Shown here piece by piece: positions 1-13,964 of a DNA stretch of 64,000 nt. Each line of letters starts with the position of its first letter. Position 1 is the stretch's first letter. The notes beneath the pieces are model-generated. The model ran no database searches, was not told where the DNA came from, and worked only from the letters and a program-made list of their open reading frames with translations. Source of the DNA: Tubulanus polymorphus (taxonomy: Eukaryota > Animalia > Nemertea). A program made the position numbers and the translations under genes. The stretch covers positions 2,790,001-2,854,000 of the forward strand of contig NC_134035.1 of the NCBI RefSeq assembly GCF_964204645.1, in the 5' to 3' direction.

Positions 1-1129
1 TTCGACGAAACTTCGTACAGTTTACTGTATAACGGTTTCACTGTTAAACCGCCATCGCTGCTTTGTAGCTATTATTGAATTATGAGTTCGACACTTTTGT
101 CGTCGGAAGAAGTTTGGCATTTAAGTGTTTACTACAACACTTCCAGAAGTAATAGTTCATTCGGTCTAAGCTGCGGTCGTTAAAAACCATTCGACGCAGA
201 CCGTCTTTCGATGGCAGTTGAGAGATAGAGAAAACTCCGGCGGTTCGCACAAAAGTGATTAGTTAGCGCTGAGACGGGGGATCACTGTTAATTCCAAACG
301 AATGAATGAATAGTAAGAGACCGACATTCGGGACCGCGAACGACTGCGCATTCGTTCTGATATAAAACGCAGCCGAAATCGAGTGAGGAGATATAAACAA
401 GATTTTTAGACAGTCTGATATGTTAGTGGTTCTAAAACCGTTTGATGACCGTACGGGAAGAGCATGGCAGCTAATTCTCTCGAATTATGGTTGTTCTAAT
501 GAAAACAGTTCTGGCGAAAATGATAGATATGGAAAGACGTGACTAGGTAGAATGCCCACTGTCTATGATATCATGAACTGCATACAGTTAAGACTTTGGC
601 CGTTACACTATATAACTTACAGTTCTCCAAATCTGACGATACGAAACATGATGAGACAGTTGCAGATAGTTAAGCCCTGTACTAAGCGGAACCCGCACTT
701 CGTATTCCGCCCAGGCCTCGGAAGCCTATTTACGTACGACTAGAAATGCTTCGATACGATGCAAATGAACTTCAATGATGATTGATAGGTGCATTTTCCT
801 CTTCAATTACCAAAAAATGTCGGGTAAAAAATGTCGAAAAAATAGACAAATCCGCACGGGCCTAATACCGAGAGAGCATGGAAGGCAATACTGGTACCCG
901 TAGAATGTGGATAATTGTCTAAACTAGCATAGAACATCATAAATATGTACATGCGTGCAGTAAATAATGCAATTCTATGCAGGCCAAGCAAAGCCCAAAG
1001 GCTGCGTAGCGCTGGTACCCCGAGAAAAGAAAACTAACAAGCCACCAGACGACGGCCTCGAGCTCAGACTCGAACTCCAAAATTAGCATGCGTTAGTTCC
1101 CATTGCCTTATCTAGTGCCAATAGTTAAG

Positions 1130-1460
1130 TTTTGTAACTTTTTGAATTTCGACCCATTCCAGAGTTATCCGTGGTCATCTTCAAGGTCAAGGTGCTGGAA
1201 AATAGTTTTTGACGCCTAGTTTTGCCGCTAGGTGAAGCACTGCACAACACTAGACCCCTATACTAACATTGTACCCAAGTTCCATCAAGATCGACCCAGT
1301 ATTATTGAAGCTAAGTAGCTGAAAGCCATACACACAGACCGACGGACACACACGGATAGACACGAACGATACAAAATGGTGATACGGATATGTACTTAGA
1401 GATAAAGAAGACTTGAGTCTACTATAGCCTACTAGAGTGCTAGCTAGCCTACTTGTTTTC
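1130..1460. mobile_element. Probable non-autonomous Helentron/DINE-1-like element
   Basis: caaggtcaagg and caagttccatcaagatc motifs, a degenerate GACA/GACG microsatellite and a terminal acttgtt. This layout is typical of lophotrochozoan HINE elements. Confidence 0.45.
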
Positions 1461-4400
1461 AAGGTAGTCCAATTAACTGACTACACGGCCACTAAACCCT
1501 AAAGCCCCGCCGTTCAGGTTCAGTTCGATGTATTTTGTATTCATTAAAGATACGACAAGTCGGAATTGATTTCTAAACGACGATGACAAATCTTTCATCG
1601 CAGTCCCTGATTTCATGCACTTTATTCGATAGGCTACGAGTTTACAGACGACCGATAAATCATAGCTTCGAATGTTCATCAGGGGAAATGGCGTAAACGA
1701 AAGCCGTAATTTAATAAACGGAACGATACCACCTTGAGGAAAAGACAACGGCGAATTCATAACGCCTCGAATTTGTCATTTCTATGAAAGTCATCGTGAA
1801 ATAGTTTTTTAGTTCGTCGGAAAAGCTTGCATTTCGTACAACGGTCGAATGGCCCGTTGTATGATAACATCATCGAGACCATGGAAAGTATGGCGTTATA
1901 ACGAATTTGACGAATTTGAAGAATGGTTTGTTCATTTTGGTGTGTTTGTTCTCAGAAGCTCCTCGATGTTAAGCGAATATACGCGCTGGCATTATAAAAA
2001 AGCCACAAATACAAAAAACGAATCCGCAAAAGTTTCGAAAAGCGTCAGTGGCAGAGGGGCATATGATCCAATCGTTAAAGTCTCAACAAAATGTTCATAG
2101 TCAACCTTTCGAGTCCACTGAAATGACGAGACTTGTCTCCCATTCTCTATATAAACATACACTTTTTGACCTTTAGATTATTAAGAATATATACTTAAAG
2201 TCGGTTGAAGTTTTTTAACACCGTCGTCTATAGATAAACACCGAGTACTTAAGACGTCTTAAAGCTTCGTCTTTGCAGACGCAGCAGACGAATCGACCGC
2301 GCCTTTGAGAAAATGAATCGAGAGAGGATATACATTTATGGGTGTTGTCGCCGCCACTTAGGCTGAATTTCGATCGAAATCCGAGGCTTAATATCCATAT
2401 ATTCGAGACAAAATAGTAAATCCTCGCTAAATATAACGTCTTGCACGAGACAAGTGCCGCGATCACACGGAGACGTAAGCATGTAAGCTGGGTGAAACTT
2501 ATCCGAACCAGACCAACGGAGTCAAATTTGGCATATGCTCAATTAGAGAGCGCGTTGACCACGTAAACCACTTACTCGTTAGTAGAATTACTGTGGCCAG
2601 TGAGGGTCTGGTCCAACGTTGATGGGCGGGCAAAATGTCGCAAACAGGCACGGACCCATTTGGCATCAGAGTAAAACGGTTGGTGCGGGTCAAAACACTC
2701 GCGCTACAAGCGTTATACCCGGGTCGTCGCTTGTCATAATTTTTCATCTGATTTAGAAAATACCATTCTCACAAAAGAAATCGGAGTCCGAAAATGTTTC
2801 CTATGATAACATCGTTACCTCGCGGGATAAAGAGTGTTCACCAAGTTATACGTGTACACGCTGTATATTTCGGCTATATTTCTGTAAGCGCCTTTTGATT
2901 GCGGTACTCCCCGTGAAAAAAATGAAACAGATTTAGACGTAAATCCTTTTGGACGCGTGAATCCCTCGTCTTACGTTACGCACGCGTTAAGAGGTGTTAA
3001 GTAAACGTACGTGTATTGTGTGACCATAAAGATAAATAACCGTACAAATTGAGACTGACAAATTATTCCACGTTGATGGCCACAGCGGAACAATACCGAC
3101 GTAAATTGGTTTATTTTTCATCGTTGCGCTGGTAAAGTGGCCTTTCTTAATGAGGTGGCCTATTGTTAGGCGAGGAGGCGCGATGGGACCGGGAATAAAC
3201 GAGGTGTCGGGCTACAGGACCATTCGTTAGTGCGGGGAAGGTGATAACATTCCGTCGCGGAAGGCTTCTGTAATACGTGTTATAGTTGATAACTTGATAT
3301 TCAAAATTGTATCCGACGCGCATATTGGGAAAAAAGCGAGATAAATTGCCCTTGACCGCCAGCGTAGTTTTTCGGATGATTGATTTTAGCTCCGGTGAAG
3401 TATTCGCTGTTATTGAAACGCAACTCATGGACTGAAGGTGTCGCTAAAACTTTGCAGGACTTTTCCGATTTGAGAATCAAACCGCCTGTTTCGCTTCCGG
3501 CAGGTGTAGCGGGTTTGTAAGGGACTCCAAATCAAAAGGAAAATCAGAAGAAATCTACCAATCGAATAATTAACAGGGTCATCCCTATTTTAAGATTTAA
3601 AAAAAGCTTTTCAAGACTAAAAACTATACAAAACTTTTCAAGACTCAATTAAGATTGCGAATTAATTCCAAAAAATATTCAAATCATAAGACTGATCTTT
3701 TTCAGTTGTTTTTGTTAGCTATAGATGCAAGTTGGGTCTGGACATCTCTGTAATCGAATTATAGAAGTGTTTACAGCACGGATGTCACCAAGCCCACGCT
3801 ATATCCTTTTATACTATTATACACACTTTGAAAGCTTCCGAGATGTGGACGTAACTTCGATGGTATCTGTACGGCCCTGAGAAGAAGACGATGATGACGT
3901 CACGCGGTTAAGATAAATTATGTCCTATGGGAATCGGACGCCGAGTCCGGAGTTCACGGATTGGTAAATGACATCGGTCTATACGAGAGCTACGACGATG
4001 ATGCAGATAGCACGGAGTGATATATCACTGCCGCGATGTCTTAATATTCGACAGTCAAGAATGAATACCGCTTTCATCTTTCCTCAATGTACGTTATTAC
4101 AGCTTTCTCGCTAATGAATATCGGTTAGGACGTGTTAGTACCGAATTATGAGATAATTAATTGCGAAAAAGAAAGTATTTATCAAAAGTCCTTATAACGC
4201 CACTGCTGGGACCGATGGAAGATATGGAGTTAAAGGGGGGTTTGGCGTTATATAGAATAGTATCTTCGTTGAATTTTAGTTGGATTGAGCAAATATGTTC
4301 TCCGAAAAATGTTGGCATTCCGAGAGAAGTATCGAAAAGGATTGCAGCGTTATAACGGACGGTAAAGCGAACCCTATGAATTTATGTGAATTTATTCTGA

Positions 4401-5344
4401 GGTTTCGAGGTTTTGAATAAACTTCATCTTCAGAGAAACCACGTGAATGAATAATATGTCATTGAAAAAATTATCAATTTCGAAAACTGAGGTCGCATCA
4501 GTCTAGCATTCGAGTGTATTACTAGATACTCATCTTGATATTCTGAACGAATTTTTCTTATTATGAGTATTATGATTATCATGATTATGATGTATCAGTA
4601 CCATCGAGCGTTAAAAACAAAAGCTATTTAAGGCTATACACTTGATCTTTAACCCGGACTAGCGATGTCTGAAAGTCCGAGAATTCGGAAAATACGTTTG
4701 GAAATCGGATAACTTCATTTCTCTTTTTTCCGAGTCATATCTGATATCGGCGAGGATATCTGTAAATACATTAGATCATCATTTACGCCGACATTACGTA
4801 CAATACATATGTACGTAATTTCACATTTCGACCGAACCCGCTCGGTCTGGAAAGTGGAAAAAAATGTCAGAAATACAAGCCGTAAGTTGACTTTAGCGTG
4901 ACTGAGCATATCGACTAACGGCGGTCGGAGAACGAAAACAATCCCGGCTAAGATCGCCGGGTTGCATGCTTAGCTTAGACTTCAATAATTAGTCGAATTG
5001 CTAGAGAACGTCGGCTTCAACCGAAGAAGAAAACGAATCGAAACAGCACGCTGAATATTCGACGTTCATACCGTTTTTAATTTGACAACGATCCCCTCGA
5101 GGTAGACAACTCGACGGAAGCCTATTCAAGTATTCCAGTTCAAAACGGCTGAGTTTCGAAATTAAAAGAAACGTCGACGCGATCAGAGCCACCGCCAGAA
5201 AACGCTGCTACACACAGAGAAAGATGGAAAGTGACCAGGGGCTAATTTTCTTCACCGCGGTATAATCCGCGATCAATTCTCTTTGAGGTTTCGGCTGATC
5301 TGCTGCTGCGCGCGTCTGAAGTGAATTATGTCTATTAATCGTTG

Positions 5345-5527
5345 TGAGAATTGCCCCAACATTATCGTTATCGACAACGCGCTACTGCCGTTAATACTTA
5401 AAGATCAGCTATTTTTTTCCGACGGCGCATTTTTGTCGTTCTCCTCACAATATTGAGCCAGAAACTCTTTCTCTCTTTCTCTTTCTGCCGGGTCATGATT
5501 AAGGTGATCTATCTTTGTGCATTAAAT
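5345..5527. repeat. Diverged ~185-bp direct repeat, copy 1 (copy 2 at 11335-11528)
   Basis: Collinear shared blocks tgagaattgccccaacatt, tatcgacaa, ttttccgayggcgcatttttg, atattgarccagaa, tctctcttt, catgatt, gtgcaytaaat. Confidence 0.85.
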
Positions 5528-7688
5528 GCGTAATTGCTTTGATATGGAGGAGACCCGAGTGTACGTATATACAAGCGAACGATGCCTTAGAACATCGGAA
5601 CGAATAGAAAGATGTCGATTTTTCCATCTGGCCTCAAAGTAAGAAATCTTGTATATAGGAATCTACAGAAATCATACGATCTGCTGCTTGAGATCTAACG
5701 GATCATTCAGAAAAAGGGAATTGTAATTTGAAATCTGAGATTGTCCGGATGGGATCGATCTAGAAAGGCCCTCAGGTCACCACCGACGCGGCACTGATGG
5801 CCATTTGCTGACCGCGCCCAGGAACTAAAAGCAACCACCAGCAACGTATTCAAACGTTCAAGTCCAATCCGTTTTTCGACAGTGCCGCGGCCCCGGGGCA
5901 TGTTCCGATTGGAGAGAGGCCTATTCTTGACAAACACTACCACCTGGCGGGTTGACTGGCTGAAGAAAAAATAACCAATTGCTGAGTCGGCTTCTAGTCG
6001 AATTCTCGAATGGTCGATGCTATTTTAGATATGTCAATTAAAAAACTACTTCAAAAATATAGAATTGAATCTTGTTGTATTTGACAAATGATTCGAAAGC
6101 AAAACAACCAGTGTCGCAGGTAATTTTGTTCTACCATAATGTGCCCAGTTCAACAGTTCCTCTTTACTTTACTTTACTTGTTAAAGTTGGACTTAATCAA
6201 ATTGAAAATAGATTAATTCAGTCAAATCAATTATAATCAAATTATTAGAGTCAAATCACGCCGAGACTACGGAACCGGACCCAGGCCAGGACATCTACTG
6301 ACGTCGCGGTGTCCGGACATTTTTTTCGACCGCGGTGTATTGTCTTTCTCGACGCGTTTAGCAATACGTTTAATATGTATGCGCTGTGTGGCTATCGTCT
6401 GCCGAGTGAACAATCCGAAGCTCTTTTGGGAGAGAAATGATGATGAATTCTCGATGCGATGTCAACGCCGGCGCCGAATTTGCATATTTGCGTCGACTAA
6501 ACCGGGCAACCCTTCCTGGTTAAATATACTCGCGACTTTAGTCTGAGAGAGAACGCAGGAAACGCTTTCTCGAGCATCAGTCGGTTGTTCAGTCAACTAT
6601 TTCCATAATTTGTGGTCAAATAGAGGAGAACTTCTTTGAGGAGTTCATTCGCTTTTCAGACGACATTACTGTCTTATTAAGACGTAAACAAAAACAGAGC
6701 AAATATCTTTAACGTCTTCAAAGATTTATCCATTCGAGTTTACATTGGAAATAAACGAAATTCTCGTTGTCACGATTCACGATGTTATCTTTTAAATTTC
6801 GTTCGAAATTACGGATATTTTGGAACCTGTTTTGTCGATTTAGTCGAACTTAAAAATTAGAATGAAATTTAGTTTTTCGCTTCACGATGTTTTTTCACTT
6901 TCCAAATTTCATATCACAATTTACGGATATTTTCACAAAGTATTTTGTCGGTTTCCTGAAATTAGTTCAACGATTCATGAGTCGAGTTTATCATAGTTTA
7001 GCCTGAAGTTTACAACATTCCGATGTGCGTATATATCAAATTCAGAATCGACGAATCGATATCGATACCTTGGCCTTGAATGAATAAATACATATTCCGG
7101 ATTAACATTTGCGATAATTCTGAAGACTTTGAAAATTGATACCGCAGAATGCGATATTGATTCAGCTAAAATATTCGCATTAACAAGAAGTAATAGTTAA
7201 CCGGATTGGATTTCTATTCAGAATTAGGAAAATCAGATAACGGAACGATTCAAAAATTGATATTTAGCAATGGACTATTGTCTATATATATCTTTGTATA
7301 AAATTGAACTTGCGTTGCCTGTTAGTCAATACGATTATGATATAGATTTGTACAGAAAAAGGAATTTTCATCCAGAAAAAAAAACGGTTTCAGGGAGCAT
7401 TGGATAGATTTCATCGATCGATAGGAGATATAAACATCTTTGTAGAACTGAATCTTTTAACATATCGGGTAAGAGTCGATTTATATTCATTCTGTATTGG
7501 ATTGCCTCCCTGCTGGTGGTCTGAATTCGAGCTCAATTAAAATCTAATAGATTTCAATTAAAAGTTCTTCCAGTAATTTGCAAGTCAACAAAGATCAGAA
7601 AGGTGGTTATGTCGTTAGCCAGAGTTGACTAAGTGACTTAAGAATTTGATTTCAGCTTATTGCCGCAGTTTAATCCAGTCTGTAAGTC

Positions 7689-8648
7689 ATGACCGCACTG
7701 ACAACAAACTCGACCTTACAACTGAAGATCGGTCTACCTTACTCATCGACGATATTACTACAGTCGATATCAAGACTAACCGACGAACGCCTGCGGCTTT
7801 TCGTCGTGATATTTCAACCGATCGTGTTTCTGTTCGGATGCGTGGGCAACCTGGCCAGCCTGTGCGTAATGACCAGCGCTAAATTCAGACACCTGTCCTA
7901 CGCGAACTACGTCGCCGCGTTGGCCGTGTCCGATTTCGTGTCGGCGATTTTCTTCGCCGCGCCGGTGCTGTACCACTTCAGTCCGTTCCCGCAAATGACG
8001 CTGACCGCGTGCAGATTCTACGAGTACCTCTACAAACACGCGACCACTGTCAGCGTCTATACGATTATGGCGATTACCGTCGAGCGATTTCTACTGGTTC
8101 TTTACCCGTTGAAGGCGCGGTTATTTTGCACGGGTAGATTCGCTCGGCTGGTTATCGCCGGCCTGGTCGTGCTGACGTCGGTCGCCTCCGTGTACTTCTC
8201 GACGACGTTGCGCTACGACACGGCCGGTAAACTCGGTTGTTACTACACGCGCCGCGATCAGCGATTGTCCTTCACGGTCATGGTCGTCTACAAGTATACG
8301 GTGCCGTTTTCGACGGTCGCCACGCTCAACGCGGTTACCGTCGTCAACTTGTGCAAGCAGCGCGATTTCGGGGCCGGTGATAGTAAATCGGCCCGCGCTC
8401 GGCGCACCACGCTGATGCTGGTCAGCGTCAGCGCAACGTTCTTGGTGACCACGTTACCGTCGACGATCCGCGCCGTCACTGCCATCAACCCGATAAAATT
8501 CGGCAGTCCGTTTGGCGATGAGATTTGGGCAGCGGCGACGGCTTTACTTCTCAGTTGCAACTTTTCGCTGAATTTCTACATTTACCTACTGACGGGCACG
8601 GAAATCAGAAACTTTGTCTGGGTTAGAATCAAATGCGCACATACTTAA
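7689..8648 (+). CDS. Intronless class A (rhodopsin-like) GPCR, FMRFamide-receptor/sex-peptide-receptor-like orphan group, 319 aa
   Basis: Seven hydrophobic segments: TM1 GCVGN, TM2 LAVSD, TM3 Cys (TACRF) and ERF (DRY variant), ICL2 YPLKARLFCT, ECL2 Cys (LGCYY), TM5 VPF, TM6 FLVTTLP, TM7 NFSLNFYIY (NPxxY variant). N-terminal NST sequon. In-frame TAA at 7683-7685 just before the ATG. Splice acceptor (ttgatttcag) ending 7655 suggests a 5'UTR intron. AATAAA near 9136. Confidence 0.93.
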   Translation: MTALTTNSTLQLKIGLPYSSTILLQSISRLTDERLRLFVVIFQPIVFLFGCVGNLASLCVMTSAKFRHLSYANYVAALAVSDFVSAIFFAAPVLYHFSPFPQMTLTACRFYEYLYKHATTVSVYTIMAITVERFLLVLYPLKARLFCTGRFARLVIAGLVVLTSVASVYFSTTLRYDTAGKLGCYYTRRDQRLSFTVMVVYKYTVPFSTVATLNAVTVVNLCKQRDFGAGDSKSARARRTTLMLVSVSATFLVTTLPSTIRAVTAINPIKFGSPFGDEIWAAATALLLSCNFSLNFYIYLLTGTEIRNFVWVRIKCAHT

Positions 8649-11334
8649 GCGTTTCGTATAGTAGCCACTATAGCATATATTCATATACATGTTTATTGGT
8701 ACTGTTCAAACTTAATCAAACAGTGCGCTGGATTTTCTAACAATCCAATTTTCCAAATCGTCATGAAGAGAAGAAAAAGAAAAAACAAAAGAGCTTAGCT
8801 AACAAATCTACAGCATCTTAAAACGACAATTTTGTTTAATTAATACCGGACGTGTGTGTGTGTATCATCACTGTTTAAACAACACTAAACTGGATTCTCT
8901 GATAATTTTCACAAATTCACATTCATTTCTATGAAAAGAGAAAAACGAAAGGAACTAAGCCATATCTTGAACCGACGATTTGTTCGATAAGTATGAATGG
9001 ACATTTAATCTTTTTGTGAATTAAAAGGCCCGAACGTCCCCGTTCTAACATCAGAATGTAGGTTTGCATTACTTTTGCATCCAGTATTTCAACACCATCA
9101 CTGTATAAATAAGAGGTGGAAATATGCATAGTTTGAATAAATTGGTTTAAACGCGTCTCTTTACGTAACACACACAATATATAGTTGCTGCTTTGAGACT
9201 TCTTCGTCGCTGCGTCGTCAAAAAGACATTTTCTTTTAGATCTTTGTAACTATGCTATAGATGTGCTATCTAAACATACGAGATTCAATTATTTCATTAT
9301 AAAGCGACTCTGTAAGTCTAAGGCTCGGTTACCATATTCGTAATTCATATGCAATGTATATGTCACTATATACAATATAATAAAGAAATAGAAATGTAAT
9401 GACATAAAGGTTTATTCAAACATTTGGGAAGATATACGTATCTCGTAGTTCAGCAAACAAAGACGCAGATGAAGGCGCGTTAAATGGGATGAAAAGCTTT
9501 TGCGACGCGAATACACGTAATGGATGCCTACATTCGTGATTAATTTGATTCGGTTTGGACCAATTTTCCGTTCGTTTTATGACTTTGAAATAACGAGAAA
9601 GCGGCAACGTTTTATAATCTAAACGAAAACGAAGATTTTTGCGCATGAATTTTCGCGTCATTTCATATTACGACAGAGTTAACAACATAGAGACAACGGC
9701 AAAACTGCGAGTCGATTGCAATAAATACATTTACAATGAAGATTCATTCCTTCCTTGTTTCCGCACTTATTCAAAGTCTGGAAATGCGAACCTAATCGTA
9801 AGGTCGATATCTTGTCTTTATGGACGAACAGTGTTCCGGTATATTCGGGTAACGTTTCGATAATCAGACTCGCAGGAATTCGGACTTATTTCGGTTCGTT
9901 GTATATAGGCCTAATACATATATACCAGTGGGTCAAGGGAACCGATGCTGCTCGCTCGGCCGAAGAAGAAGCAATGGACTTAACGAAAGGCTCGGAGATC
10001 GTGACAATTAGTATTGTATATTCTTACAGCCAATATGAAACCGGAAAGAAATTATAAATCACGAGACTAAGGAACCGCAGACGATGGAACGAGAATCAGA
10101 TATCACTGTTTACGTCAGAGGAGTTCTGAAATCAGTATATACACAGAGGCAGATTTAGGGGACGGTCTCGGGGGTCCGGACCCTTGCCTTCCCATTGAGG
10201 GTGCCCTTTCCGCCAAGAAAAAGATCGTTAAACCTGCAAATTTGACACGCATCCTCTTTAGGATATTGCATATTATTTTCCAATACATTCTTTTAGAAAA
10301 TAACCAATACCGAGTGGGACCCCACTAGTAGCCTATATATGACATGGCTGCTTTAACTGAAAAATGTCTCTTCTTTTTTCCTCGACTGAATAATCAGTAC
10401 AACTCATAAACTAGAGCGATAAAAAGGAAAACAATAACGGGGGCTATTGAATATAAAACCAATCACTAAAATTGTAACCAATATCGCTAGTGTAATAGAA
10501 GGAACTCGGCTTTCGAAACTGAATTTGTGAAATTTTCAAGATCAAAGAAAGCGCCTACGTATCTTCCCAACAAAATTATGGCGATAGTATATAACGGCCT
10601 TGACCTAAGCCAATGAGAATATCATCAAATCATAAATCAGCTAGATAATAATTTTTTGCGTATCAAAATGTTCACCCCTGGCTGAGGCTGTACCACAGAG
10701 ATCTCCGTCGCTCTACGATCCTATAGTGCGGTATATCAGACACTAAGGTTCTTGGGGAAAAATGCCACTTTCTGAGTTGAACGTGCTAATTTTTCTGCCT
10801 TTCTCTTTTTTTCATTACGCGCATTTAAGGTGTATTTTATTTAGGCTCGGCGTAAATTTCTACTTGTCGATATCGATATATTCAATGAATCAATCGCTAA
10901 TATACGGTGTAATTGAACAGTGCGTTCAAATTTACCAATAACCGATCAAAGAACGAAACGCGCTTTGGTTGAAACATTTATGGTTGATTATTTCAAAGGT
11001 TAAAACTATCGATGATTATAGGAAACCCGAACACTGCGCGGTGTTGGTGGTGTTCTTCGATCACAGATCAATCGATCGTTGAAAGGAGAACGACCGAAAA
11101 CAAAAACGTTTGAAAATGATCCCACACAAAGAATCTATTCCGATAACGCGTCATGGATGATTACGTTTCTGCTGAAAACTCGTCTAAAACTTTAAAACCC
11201 TTGCGTGGAATGAAAACAGTTTCAATAAAATTGCGACCTTTGTTTACGAAGATTTTTTTAAGTATCCAATAACTGTAACTATTGCGCAGTGCCCTTGTGT
11301 CCTTAATCTATGTGTTACACATTTTGTTTTGTCT

Positions 11335-11528
11335 GAGAATTGCCCCAACATTGGGCTGATCTCTATCGACAAACTCTGCTCCCTTTATACTTCACGATCT
11401 ACAACTTTTTCCGATGGCGCATTTTTGCCTCATTAGCTAAGATATTGAACCAGAACCCCCTCTCTCTTTTCCTCTTATGCACAAGGCCATGATTGGCGCA
11501 ATGGATTATCCGTCTTCGTGCACTAAAT
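11335..11528. repeat. Diverged ~185-bp direct repeat, copy 2
   Basis: Same blocks in the same order as 5345-5527. Confidence 0.85.
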
Positions 11529-13964
11529 CAGTAAATTGTTTGGATATATTTTACAGTTTACTTACGTATATCTAGGTATGATGACGGGTCTTCTACTACA
11601 GGGTCCGCCTGGCTTGCCGATCTACAGCGTTCAGACCATCGCCGGATCGTTATATATACTTCCTTCTCTTCTTTGCCCCAGGGTCTCGAGTTCTTGGCCA
11701 GAAGATGTCTTGTTGCTTTCATCCACGACAGTTCAGTGTTGCGCATAGTACTAACACAATGACGGTATGCAACGCCCTGAACTCGATTTCATGGTCATCG
11801 GTCGTAACGGAGATACACGTACTATGCAGTCGGTTCCATCATGCTGGACACTGTTTTAGATTCCATGGTTCCATCGATGATTGCTTTCGGGGCTAATTTC
11901 ACGCAGAGGTGACTGGCATAAATACCTATAGTAATATCAAAAACTTCGAATTAATTCAAAAAATGACAAATCTCCCTGCACGCAAACTATATACGTATTT
12001 GGAGTTTCTTCTTCAAGGAATAAAGTCTCAAGCCTATATCGCATCGTCCGTACCCTAATGCACGGACGTCACGTGATATTGCCTGGCAAGGCCGTCTTTT
12101 AAATTCAATTTGCTCGCATTTGACTTCACTGGCGTAACCTCTATACCAGGACAGTTCTGCAATTCACGTAGAATAATACGACAAATCTACGGAACACATC
12201 GTCGACGACTCGTATTCGTATATTGTATTAATACAGCTTCAATATTGCGTTCATTTTTCGCTCGCCGGATAAGTGAGTACTCTTTACTCGCGGTGGTAAT
12301 CTGTTTAACCGCGGCTGTCGACCTTCGTTTACCACTAAACGAACGACCAAGTACCATCCACTCACACGCCGCCGATAATCCGATTATAGTAAAATGTTAC
12401 GTAGGTTTTTTTTTCAGCGAGATTTACTATATCGCGATTCCCATACGAGTACTCTAAACGAGGAAACTGACGAATACATCCGCCCTATACACAATTTTCA
12501 TTCCCAAAAGCAATAAACCATTTTTACGGTGACCAGCCGCCATTTTCAGGGTGCTTTTTACCTAGTTTGCCTCGATTGTTCTCTTTCTATGAAAACTATT
12601 TTCGATGCGTATCTTGTATTACATAGAAACCGATGTCGTGATGGAATTTTACATATATATGATCACGCTCAAGGAATCCAGTCGAATCGTCAATTTCTTT
12701 CTTTAGATTGACCGCGTTATCGTCGGTATTTTTCGATAATGGATAGTTATAATGATATGATAACTCATTATCTTATAAAGCGCATTGCTAATTGAATTTA
12801 ATCAAGGCGCTTTACCAAGTCTAAAAAAACATAAGAATCATTAAGATACGATGACACATTGAGAAATTAAGTCGATACAAAATGATAATCACACTTCAAA
12901 TGTTCTTTAAAAGGGTAAGTTTTAAGATAACGCTTAGCAGCATCAATTGAAGGCTTTTCTCGAGAGTTTTAGGAAGGTGAGTTGCTGACATCTTAAAGGC
13001 TCGATGCTTCCATAATTTCGTATTGGTGCAATTCTTTTAGAAAACGTCAAATACGTTCGCATAGTTTTTCCTTCGCCTACGAAAAAGGAACACGTGTTAT
13101 AAGCTATGATCGAATAGCTTCTAGAATAATCGAACGGAGTGATCGAACGTCTTCGAGATTAAATGGGCGGTAACCGGAATGAAAATCAAAACAATTCATG
13201 CAAGATGAAATCAATTTTGATTTCATTTTCTAAAAAAGCAATGATGGCGGCTAATAAGCGCACAGCGAGCGCCGAAGGCGCGAGCTGGAAGCTCCCTAAG
13301 TTAATCGCGCGTGTGAGGCAAATTCAAATTTTCTATATTTCTCCATACCGTCCTTCTCAAAAAGTGTAGTTTACATCCGGGACACATGGGCATTGGCTAA
13401 ATCGTGGCAACGAAAATGACGGTCACGGATGGACTTTCGTCGAAACTTGCGGGCCGCGTCGCGCGGGTAGTTTAAATACGTGAATGAAGGATAACAAAAT
13501 TATTAGGTGTAATTTTCAGAATATTTACAAAGAATATTCACAAAATAATGTCAAAAAATGTTATTTTTAGTTCGTATTTCTCCGTAGAAACCGATTGCAA
13601 GACTGGATTCGAATCCCACAAAAACAGTCCCTTAGCAACGGGTCGAATGTTTACAGAATAACAAGCGCGCCGGTTTCACAGCATCACTAAGGGTCGAGTC
13701 CCGGAGAATAACGCGCGCACGCGGTCCGCGTGTTACAAAATGAACGCCCCGCTCCACACAAGTACTGAATAATTGACTCAAAATTTTGCCAATCCCTGGG
13801 AGTAAAATGCGGCACGTTTTTAACATATCGTATCTTTATGTGTTTTTTACTCCCGTTTTTCAAACGTTATTCCCCTTTTCCGTTTCGAGTAAAATTCGCT
13901 ATAATCCGTATTTAATATACCGTTGTTCCATTAATTCCGTACCCATGCAACCCGTTGTAATACT

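Noticed and set aside
3725-4020. Acidic coding-looking stretch (…GLYESYDDDADSTE*)
   Set aside because: Interrupted by stops, with no consistent splice partner and no recognisable family.
7646-8560. Alternative-frame and antisense ORFs over the GPCR
   Set aside because: Shadow ORFs of a GC-rich coding sequence.
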